This document shows, one piece after another, positions 53,801 to 64,000 of a stretch of DNA of 64,000 nt (position 1 is its first letter; each line of letters starts with the position of its first letter). The position numbers and the translations under genes were made by a program. Under the pieces are notes generated by a model that had not been told where the DNA came from, searched no databases, and saw only the letters and a program-made list of their open reading frames with translations. This DNA is from Azolla caroliniana (taxonomy: Eukaryota > Plantae > Polypodiophyta): the NCBI GenBank assembly GCA_043228905.1, contig JBHGNT010000002.1, positions 19,468,001-19,532,000 of the forward strand, written 5' to 3'.

Positions 53801-56066
53801 TTGAAGCAATAAAAGAGATTTATAATTATTTGATAAAAGAGTTACAAAATGATTGTGCACATCGTTGAACCTCCGAACTTTGTCTTGCAAGGTAATCGCT
53901 CTTCTCTTTCTTGATCGTAGACCATTACAATCTTCACTTCAATATTTTGATGAAGATAAGGCTCGAACCGCCTCCCTCTTGTTGAGAGTTGACCACCACG
54001 ACCGCCAAGCTAGAGCTCTACGTTTATGTTAAACTTCTTCCCTTCTTTCTCTATTTTTATGATATCTCTTATGAAATACATAATTTGATTGATATCTCAT
54101 ACATATCTCCCTTTGATATTCTCTTTCACCATTTAAATAGGTGCCCCCATGCATATGATGCATTGGAGGGTACAAATCATGCATGTAGTGCATGAAATGC
54201 ATGTGATGCATGATCGCCATTTGGCGTTCATGTATTACATGTGATGCATGATAAACATCTCGCTCATTTGAGCTTTTATGTATGAAACAATATATGCAAT
54301 AACAATAAACATGAAAACATAATCTTAAAGAGAAAGGGCCTATCCTAATGGTAGGTGTGTCAACTTTGGTGTATGAGGTTGTGGGTTTGAGTCTCAAAAT
54401 GCTATTGAATACAACATACAACTTTATTTTTATATCATGAAGCAAATCCTTTATGTAATATAAAGTATATATAAAGTATGCTTTATTTTATGTATATTAC
54501 TAGTATAGAGTAAATGGTAAGATTTGAGAGTCATAGGGTGGGGTTATTGGTTCAAGTCCTCTCTTGTTTGTGTAATATAATATATTTATCTATATATATA
54601 TATTATTTTTCTTTACATATATATAATATTATCATATGTGTTGTTAACATTATATAAAACATTATCAAATGTTATTTTAGTTACGTATTTATCTTATTGT
54701 AGACTTTTAATGTGAAGCTTTCGTACTTCACGACACCGGCAGTATCGGCTGCCACGTTCAGCTCCTCCGGACATAGCCGGGAATTCATGAGGTACAGTGT
54801 GTTGATCTTCCGGGCCCGAGCCACTATCAGGCTCCCTTTGCTGAACTTCATGACACCGTTCCGGATGCTACCTGTGTAGCCTTCATCATCTAGCCTCCCG
54901 GCCGAGATCAGGTTCAATCGGACCTCCGGAACGTGTCGAACATCCTTCAGCAGCATCTTGCATCCGGTTGATGTCATCAGCCACACGTCTCCTATGCCGG
55001 CAATCCGGCATGTACCTTCATTTCCCATCCGGACACAGCCGTGCTCACCGGTTGTGTAGGATGAGAAGTATTTCTTCTCCGGGGTCAGGTGGAACGATGC
55101 TCCGGAATCGACCACCCAGGTCATCTCTTCACCGTCAAGGTTCAGCTCCGTCTCTTCGGTAATGAGCATTATCTCTTCTTCACTTGCCGCGAGTGTTGTC
55201 GTTCCTTTCCGGTCCTGCCCTCGCCGATCCGGACCTCTCCGGTCCGTGGCTCCTCGGTATGCACCGTTTCTCTCCGGTGACTTCTTCGAATCGGTGTCGT
55301 CGGCTCCGTTGTCCTTTCGGTAATGCCGACAATTCTTCCGGAAGTGCCCCGGCTTCCCACAGTGGAAGCATGTGGGTCTTCCTCTTGACTGCGACCGGGT
55401 CCCCGACTTCTCCCGTCTTTGCGGACTCCGGTTCCATTGTCTTCCCCGTTCCGATTCGGTAAGCAGCGCCTTCGAGTCGGAGGCCGGTTCTTTATCTCTC
55501 CGACGCGCTTCTTCATTTAGAATACTTGTCTTTACCGTTTGTAGAGACAAGTTATCTTCGGTGCAGGAGGTGCTGAGAGTCACCACCAAGTTCTCCCAGC
55601 TTTCCGGCAATGTACACATCAAAATGATGGCTTGCATTGCATCCTCCAACGGGAACTTGATCGCCGCAAGCTGGTTCACTAATCCCATGAACGTGCTCAT
55701 GTGTTCCACCATATTCTCGCCATCCCGGTACTTGAGGTTCACTATCTTCCTCATCAGGGAGGTCCGGTTCAACGCATTCTTCCTCTCGTAGAGGCCCGAC
55801 AGCTTCTTCCACATCTCATATGCGTTGGTGTCGTTCGCCACATGTTGCAGAACACTTACATCTACATATTGCCGGATCGTCGCTACGGCTTTCCGGTTCA
55901 GGAGCTTCCACTCCGACTCTATTACCCCCTTGGGTATCTCGGCATTGTCGATCGGTTCATACAGGTCTCGGATGATGAGAAGGTCTTCCATCTTTATCTT
56001 CCAGTCGGCGTAGTTCTGTGAGTTCAACACCATCATGCCCGGAGGCCCACTACCGCCGCCTTCCAT
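50894..56066 (-). pseudogene. Copia D gag-PR-INT-RT-RNaseH polyprotein
   Basis: CFHCGKPGHFRKNC, VDSGAS, WHKRLCH, ADNGGEY, NGLAER, LYVDD, GFTDSD; in-frame TGA at 52625 and 51425; insertion at 53641-54735. Confidence 0.93.
53641..54735 (-). mobile_element. Solo LTR of the Gypsy B family
   Basis: 1095 bp, TGTCG..CGACA, flanked by CTGG/CCGG; removing it restores Copia ADTAGELWHKRL. Confidence 0.95.
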
Positions 56067-57083
56067 TTTCTGTGTTACCGTCGCTCTGATACCACTTGTT
56101 GAAAAAAGAGTGCTCTCGGCCACAACCGAGGAATAGGATTAACTCACAGAAAACAGGAAATACAAAGTGCACGAGGATAATAGAGAGAAAGGTACACTGG
56201 ATGTTTTACGTGGAAAACCCTAAATGGGAAAAACCACGGGAGTCCTCAAACTCCAACTATCACTATGAACAGAGATGTACACTGGTGAAGCTACAAGGCA
56301 ACAACCTTGAGCTCACTGTCTTCGCCACAGGCGGCGGTAATACACAGAGGCAACGACCTCTTCGTCTCTCTCTCTCTCTCTCTCTCGGTTGCTCTCTCTT
56401 CGCATAAAAAATGAGCAACAAAAAACATGAAACTGTTTGCCCTAAGTCATATTTATACACATATGACTTTCGGGCTATTTACAATTATAGCCTCAAGGGC
56501 TCGTGGCAAACATATTCACAAATATGTCCCCGCATCCGGATCTCTCTCCGGGTACACTCGTCATCCGGCTCCGTAACCTGGGTCTTCAGCATCCGGCTCC
56601 GTAGCCGGGGTCTTCATCATCCGGCTCCGTAGTCGGGGTCTTCAGCATCCGGCTCCGTAGTCAGGGTCTCTTCATCCGGCTTCATGCCGGGTACTCTTCA
56701 TCATCCGGTTCCGTAACCGCAACCGGGCTTGCCGTCATTCATCTCCGGACATCCCATCCGGAGAGACCGAAATCCCAACACAAGTGAGCCGGTTAGCTGG
56801 ATCAAGCAGTAACCGGAAGCCAAGTAGCAACTAGTCTACTAGGGAGTTAATATCTCGTAGTTAGTGTTTGACGCTCGTGTGAGCATTGAAGTGCACTGTA
56901 CTTCTGTCAGTCTGGATGGACTTGTATAAAAGTGTTCACTGAACACATACGATGTACAGATTGAGTAGTATTTTTTGAATTGAGTTTCTATGTTCTCTCT
57001 CTCTGTCTTTGTCTCTCCCGCATACTGTTAAGCTCTCCATTAAACCTGTTTTCTATTGCTTCCACACACTATTTGTTTCTACA

Positions 57084-58495
57084 CATGGGAAGCAAGCAAA
57101 AAGATCCAAAACACGCATAAAAGCAAAATTTTGTGTTCTTGTTGGATGCAAGATATGGAAAAATGGTTTGGTAGATGGGATGCAACACACTCGCTTCATG
57201 ATGCAACACTAGATTCCTTTGTAAATGAGGCATTTTTGCAATGCCAATGTATCATGACATGGGACAAATGTGGAGGTTCACGCTTCACACATTATACTAC
57301 ACATATTGCACCTTACTACAAAACCATATTCTTCACAAAATAGGGAAACCGTACACATTGATACATGTTAGAGCCCGTCTCGTTGTCTACCATTTGAATC
57401 ATTGCTTCCTCGCGACTTACCTCATATGCATTACAATATGAGACGAGACATTGGGGCACAAGTGATGAGAATAGTCAACTATGCACACTTTGCCCAAAAC
57501 AAGTTTGGAAGTTTGAGTATCACACTTTGATGCAATGCTCCACCTTTGATCATATTCGACCATGTTTTCCACACATCTTTGACAAAACCCAGTCCTTGCA
57601 CAAATTTCTCTCACAACTACAATGTGCACTCTCGATTGCAACATTCATTGGTAAAGTTCTAGAACATTGAGAGTCGCTACTCACTTTCACATGTATTACA
57701 TGAAATGTAATATTCTTGGTCTCATAGGTCATATTTGACCTCCAAATACGATAATAGAATCTATCTATCTATTTCACACACAAACACACATACATTGACT
57801 TCCTAAAATCGCATGGGGAGCAAACAAAAAGATCCAAAAGAAACATAAAAGCAAAACTTTGTGTTTCAGTTGATGCGAGATATGGAAAAATAATTTGGAA
57901 GATGGTATGCAACACACTTGCTTCATGATTCATCAATAGACTCCTCTACAAATGAGGCCTTTTTGCAACCCCAAAATATCATGACATGAGAAATATGTGC
58001 AGGCTCACGCTTCACACATTATACAATGTATGTTAATGCACCTAACTACAAAACCATGTTTTTCATCAAACAAAGAAACAAGACACATCAATACATGTTA
58101 AAACTCATCACTTTGTTTGTCATCCGAACCATTGCTTCCATGCGACTTAGCTCACACTCACTATAACAGGAGAGAGGGCATTGGGTCACAAGTGATATGA
58201 GTAATAAATTATGCACATTTGCCCTCAACAAGTTTTGAAGTCTAAGTATGGTACTTTGATACAATGCTCTACCTATGATCACATCCTAATATGCTTTCCA
58301 TAGTTCTTCAACCAAACCCAATCCTAGCACAAATTTCTCAATCACAATGTGTACTCTTGATTGCAACATTCATTAGTAAAGTTTTTGAACATCGAGAATC
58401 GCTACCCACTTTCACATGTACTATGAGAAAATGTTATATTTTTTTGTCTCATCAATTATATTTGATTGACCTTCGTAGACAAATAAAATCTATTT
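57084..58495. repeat. Old tandem duplication, ~728-bp period
   Basis: catggg.agcaa.caaaaagatccaaaa at 57084 and 57812; colinear throughout but visibly diverged. Confidence 0.85.
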
Positions 58496-59064
58496 TTCTC
58501 TCCTTGAGGTAATGGGTATTTGTCACATTGTTACCCAAAACTAAGACAATGGGTATTCACTCAATTTACACAATATGACCGAGCTTCATAGGTAGAGATC
58601 ATATTTCTTTTTTGGGGGTATGGAAAGCTAGATCATAATTAGGAGACGTGGAATAATTTATTACTACTCCTATAGATGGCTACTCCAAAACCTATTTATT
58701 TAATGCAAGGAAAGTACAACTTTATATTCAAAACAAACACAAATGCACAATGTACTTAATATGTCCATACAATTTATGCAATGTATCCAAATTATGTACC
58801 CACAACTCGCTAGGGACTCTGTCAATTTCTACACTAAAAATAGACTCCACTTTTGCTTATTACAACTTCTTGTACATAAAGAGTTGTAAGGAGATGCAAG
58901 AGAATGAAGCATCATCATGATTCATAACCATTAAGAAGGAAATCTAGACATATTTGGTATGCAAACCTAGACTTATTGAGGGCTAGAAGCTAGTGCAAAG
59001 AAACACACAAATACACACTCTCCCCCCTCAACTACCTACACACTTTTCTTTCTTAACTAGGGTC

Positions 59065-59310
59065 CTACACCATGAGAGTTACACCATGAGTGTTGCCAAT
59101 TAACTATGTACAACACAAAGTACACCTTGGCATTGTGTGCCAACCAATTACTTATATAAAACACAAGGTACACCATGAGTGCTATGCATTTGAAGCTTTT
59201 GGTATACATACCACAAAGTACACCATGGTATGGTGTGCTAGCCAATTATCTACGTTCACCGCAAGGTACACCATGAGTTCTATGCTTTGAAATTTTTTGT
59301 GTACATACCG
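59065..59310. repeat. Short degenerate tandem repeat downstream of the LysM gene
   Basis: Recurrent (caag)gtacaccatgagt motif. Confidence 0.6.
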
Positions 59311-59791
59311 TGTAGTCTGTGTACATTATTAGTAAAGAAGTGTACAAGTAAAGCATAAAAACAAGCTAGTTACTTAGAGAGAGCAAGAGACAACAAACAT
59401 GGTTCGGCTTATTTACAAAGGTCAAAGAAGGTAAGGTGCCACTACCAATCGGTCCTTAAATAAAAAAGACATGAAGACACAATGTTGCCAATCCCCCCTA
59501 GAAAAAGTGTCATTTTGCCAATGATTTGCCCATATGCTAGTAAATAACAAAACAAAACAAAACAAAAGCAAAAAGTAACAGGGAAAAAGGCACAAAGCTT
59601 CTTTTATCAAAAGACAGACAAGTTCCTTTCCCTCTGGGTTCTTGTTGTTTACATACAATATAAACAATGAGAATGCAAATTTTCACACACTGATTAAAAA
59701 AGAAGACACCATCCAGCCTTTCCAATAGCAATAATGATGATATTAACCTATTATTGTTATGGTTAGGGTCTGCATTGGACGATCTTTACAT

Positions 59792-61626
59792 TTACTCGGG
59801 CAGTGGTATAACGAGCTTTTCTCCAGCATATATCTTGTCGCCATTCAAGTCATTGGCAGCTTTCAATGTCTCAAGAGAGATCTGGAGTTCAAATCATATA
59901 AAAAAATCCAAATCCAAATTAAAATGATAATGCATAATGTGAGTTTTATTTTGTGTGAGTGTGTGTTTCGGGATCGGATAACCCCATGTCCACAATTTCA
60001 TACATTGACGAATTTGATGCGTAGATAACCAAGATTCAAGAGAAATTCATTAATAAGCCCATATTAGGACTCACCCCATATTTTCCAGAAATTGCCCACA
60101 AGGTGTCTCCCTTCTTGATGTCGTGATGATGGTCATTGCTCTCTAATTTAGAAGAAGGCTTCACCTCTGGTCCTGGGTTAACCTTATCCTTAAATATCCC
60201 GAGTAAAGATTTCTTCTTCTCATCCCCAAGACCATCGACAAGGGAACGAAACCATGGCTTCTTCTTCTCCTCTGTCACTTTCTCATCAACAGCATTATCC
60301 TGCAAAGCAAAACAATTTGAAATAAAACAAAGCAACTTAGCTTTTTTCCTAGAGAGGAAGAAACCAAAACAAAGATAACCTCTTCGCTTTCCACATAAAT
60401 AACATCTAAATGCATGATTATGATAAAAAGAACTACAAATTTACAGCTAAGAAAAGAAAACAGAGAGAAACTTGGCTAAAGAGGCCAAACAAAAACTAAA
60501 CTTTCTCAATCACTCGTCTTTACCCCACCTAAAATCAATGCTCCATTGTTGCACGATGAATTAAAACCGCACAGCTTTTGCATGAATGAATGAATCAACA
60601 TGGTTGTGTTTATGTATGAATTTGATGGATGTGAACATTGAAATATACCATGGCTTTAATATTAGCGAAATGTAGACAAACACATTCATTGGGTAACCGT
60701 TCTAGATCTAATGTTTACAAAAACTCATCTTTCCACAAAAATAGCACAAACACATCATGAATGAATGAATGAATGTGAAAGAAACAGAAATAACCAGAAA
60801 TTGCTTCTCTTTACACAAAAAAAATCATCAATTTATCATGAATATGCAATCAAAATGGTTGCACAGAGAGAGAGAGAGAGAGGCAATAAGTTCTAACTGA
60901 AGAAATTAAAACTTACCATATATAAAGAACATAGATGCATCATGAAATAGAAGAAAGTTTAAACCTAACATCCTGACAATAAAACTTTTCTTCCCCACAT
61001 CAACAAAGAGTTTCAAATGTACCAATAAATACAAGCTTCTCTTCTTCCGCATCATAAAAGAAGTTTTTATCATTAAAAAAAACTATCAGGTATTAATGAT
61101 GAATCCCAGAAAATAGAAAGTTGTTCTGAATCTAAGCGTTTAACACGCTGGACTCTCTTTCCACATAAAAAAGAGTCGCAAATGTATAATGGATGAATGC
61201 ATGTACAAAAATATATATCAAATCTAAGGTTAAACAAGGAAAAGAATGGAGAAGGGTAAAAACCTCCAGTTTCTTGGCAACATCGAGGATGGCGATCACT
61301 TCTTGTTCCACATAAACAACACCAACATCGATGCTGCCTCCCTCTTTGATCTTCTCTACCGAATCTTTAATCTTCTCTACTGAATCTTTGATCACCTTCT
61401 CATTGTAGTAATCATCTCCTTCTGCATAGTTGGTAGGGGAGATGTCGTTGTTGATTTCTTCTTCATTATCACCATCGTCTAATATTATCGATGATCCTCT
61501 TTCTTTAACTTTTTCTTTCTTTCCTTTCAAGATGCTGATGATGCTCCATACAACTCCTGCTACCACAGCAGCCCCTGCAGCCTTAACCGCAGCCTCTTTC
61601 TTCCCATCCTTATCAGGGGAAGCCAT
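59792..61626 (-). CDS. LysM (peptidoglycan/chitin-binding) domain protein with an N-terminal hydrophobic segment, 225 aa
   Basis: Exons 61626-61264, 60299-60075, 59881-59792 with phase-0 GT-AG introns. AAGAAVVAGVVWSIISIL; C-terminal HDIKKGDTLWAISGKYGISLETLKAANDLNGDKIYAGEKLVIP. Confidence 0.9.
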
Positions 61627-61749
61627 TAGAATCAATAATCTCTCTTTCTCTCTCTATCTCACACACACACACACTCTCTCTTATCTGTTTATGTAACATA
61701 AATGGTTCATCACTCTTCAATTGAATATACCACCACCATGCTATCTATG

Positions 61750-61788
<39 letters not shown>

Positions 61789-64000
61789 TTTTTCTATCTT
61801 ATACAGACATGCGAAAGTTTGTGTGTATGGCTAGCAAGCGAAGCTCCCATGGATATGGAAGGAGGCTTGAGAGATGTGGGGTGATCTTCTTCTTTCTGTG
61901 CCTGCCCCACATGCACAAAATGGGTCCTTCCCTTCCCCCTTTTCACACAATATGCAGGTGTAAAAACAATAACACTACTCACCCTCGCCATAGCCAAGAG
62001 ACTCTCCGGAACACCACCACATGGATCGAGGATATGGTGCTCTCATCATTTCTTCGCCCGTAGACCCCGCCCGATGATTTATGAATGAATGTATGTATAT
62101 ATGTATGAATATGCTTTCATTCCATTCCTCATTGACCGCCCATTGGAACCAAGTTATTCTACCTCGAACTGTAAATACCAATCAATCATTTTGCCCATAG
62201 ACCCACCCTTGCCTCCCCCTCCAGCACACTTTGAAGATGAAGCTATCCTTGGCTCTGGTTCACATGCATTTGTAAGTCGTTGTTACCTACACTGTTGTCG
62301 CATTTCCTTAAGGCCATGTTATTACTTTCAAGTTTCACCCCATGGGTCGTGGAAAGCAATTTTTGGGTAAGACATATTTTCAAGAGAAAAGTATCGACAC
62401 TTGGGGAATGTTAAAGTCGTGTCTTCTTAGAAGAAACCCATTGACATGCACAATCTCACACTGAAAAAACACAGAGTGTTAAAAAGTGGAGATAACATCA
62501 ACCCCATACATAGTTTAGTGAGCACGAGGGTTATTCGAGATCATATCTCGCCACTTGCTCATGCATTACTTCTTCGTTGCCTCCTTGTCAAACAATTGTC
62601 TGTTGTTCATCAAGTCTAAAGCTCCCTTCGTTGCCAAAACCTAAGTCATCCTTATCTAGAGCCAATTAGTAATTGATATAGGATCACACAAGGTCTAGAT
62701 AGGAACCTAGTGACGATTTGGGGGTTCCTAGGGATTCATCATTTTTCACAAACCCTTCAAATATTATACATTTGAAATTAAATTAGTTTATAAATTTGAG
62801 CCCTTTTGCATAGGGTGACAGAACTAAAACGAAAGAAAGTGACGGGGGATATCCTTGAGCTTCGGCATGGCGAATCTACAATCAATGGCATGTCACCTTG
62901 ATTGTCGTAGGCCTCCCATGAGATCCTCATGATTCGCTACCCTGTGATTTTGTTTGTCAACAAAGCCTAGTTGCTCAACTCCCAAAAATGTTGAACTTGA
63001 CAATGAGCTCTTACATTTCAAAACATAATGTTACAAGTCTACTTATGTCAAAACCTTAGGGTTAACTTAACCCTTTTTGGTCATTTTCATAAATAACCAC
63101 TTCAAAGGCTCGTAACATAAAGCATTTGTATTTCACCGTTGCCACACGCACTAAAATTTAACACCCCCTGTCAATGGGCATATACAATGTAATTGAGTGG
63201 GCAAGGATCATTATCAATCTATCAAAAGACTTTTGGTCATGGCATCCAATACATGGTCAAGTGTCAAAATTTTGTAAATAGCACGTTTATTCTCCGTGAC
63301 ACATTCCCATACTAAAGTGATATCGAACCTCTATGTGTTATGGTGTCAAATGATGTATTAGATTCTTTTCCAAACTGATAGTACCTTGACTATTGCTAGA
63401 TAAGGTCGGACCTGAGTTTGGAATGATTGGTCGAAAAGTGTCAGCTTGTTGATTGAGCCATATTGTTTGCTTTAGCATGTTGGATACATGTGCATATTTT
63501 GCTTCAATCATCAAGGTCATCATGCATTCTTGGAGTTTTGATCTCCACGAGATTTGGCCAAATGAATTTCTTGAAATCTTAGCATTCAAAGTGTGGCACT
63601 CAAATTTTATGTGACCGAGCTTCTTGCAACAATTGCGAGTTCAGAAGTCCCAATACTTGATTTAGCTCCTTGAATTAATCAGACCCTGGAAGGTGCTCAA
63701 ACTTATTTTGAGTTGCAACCAATAACTCAAAGTTCGTACATTGTAGGAATCACCAATTTGGTGCTTTGTGCAAACATTTTATGTTGGCTCCAAAAGGAAA
63801 AAAGGAATTGTAAAATAAAAGAGAAAAAAATAACAATTCTCAGGTGATTAAGGTTATTGATTTCATGGAAGAAGTTATAAGGTTCGTGTTGAGAATCAAG
63901 CTCAACCTAGTCTAGCGTGCGAACACACCTTTTGAGAATCTATGAGCACCAAAAGGTCAAAGGTCACCACTACTTTCTACCCATTAACTATGTGTCATAG

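Larger units (their letters stand above)
50198..56780 (-). mobile_element. Ty1/Copia element D (Tnt1-like), full length, carrying a solo-LTR insertion
   Basis: LTRs at 50198-50883 and 56097-56780 (3 substitutions plus one CT unit); TSD CAAGT; PBS TGGTATCAGAGC (tRNA-iMet) at 56083-56094; PPT at 50884-50893. Confidence 0.95.
32493..57066 (+). mobile_element. Ty1/Copia element C (5' half missing); RT split by Gypsy A, 3' LTR split by Copia D
   Basis: KARLVAKGYA (to 32998) rejoins AQTHGIDYDETFAPV (from 48162). QMDVKNAFL, LYVDD, GYTDADWAG, ADIFTKPL. PPT ttgagggggag at 50099-50109; LTR at 50110-50197 plus 56786-~57066. Stops at 32766 and 49270, frameshift near 48670. Confidence 0.88.

Noticed and set aside
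62050-64000. Short ORFs upstream of the LysM gene
   Set aside because: No recognisable motifs or consistent exon chain

Overview
Eukaryotic nuclear DNA from a land plant, most likely a non-flowering lineage with flagellated sperm (inferred from a genuine PKA catalytic-subunit gene). Four host genes can be assembled with GT-AG introns: an RCC1-repeat gene (+, 5 exons), an intronless U2AF65 (-), a 12-exon PKA-C-like kinase (-) and a TM-LysM gene (-, 3 exons). Between about 21.8 and 57.1 kb lies a nested transposon island. It contains a MULE, an animal/fungal-type Gypsy (E), an endonuclease-less Penelope-like retroelement with a minimal hammerhead ribozyme, and a truncated Copia (C). C hosts a GC-rich Gypsy (A), which hosts an AT-rich relative (B). 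C's LTR hosts a Tnt1-like Copia (D), which hosts a solo LTR of B. Cis-acting RNA signals of note are slippery site/6-nt spacer/hairpin modules in three Gypsy elements and a co-varying hairpin next to the PPT shared by A and B. All calls were made by eye; family assignments rest on recalled motifs, not database searches.
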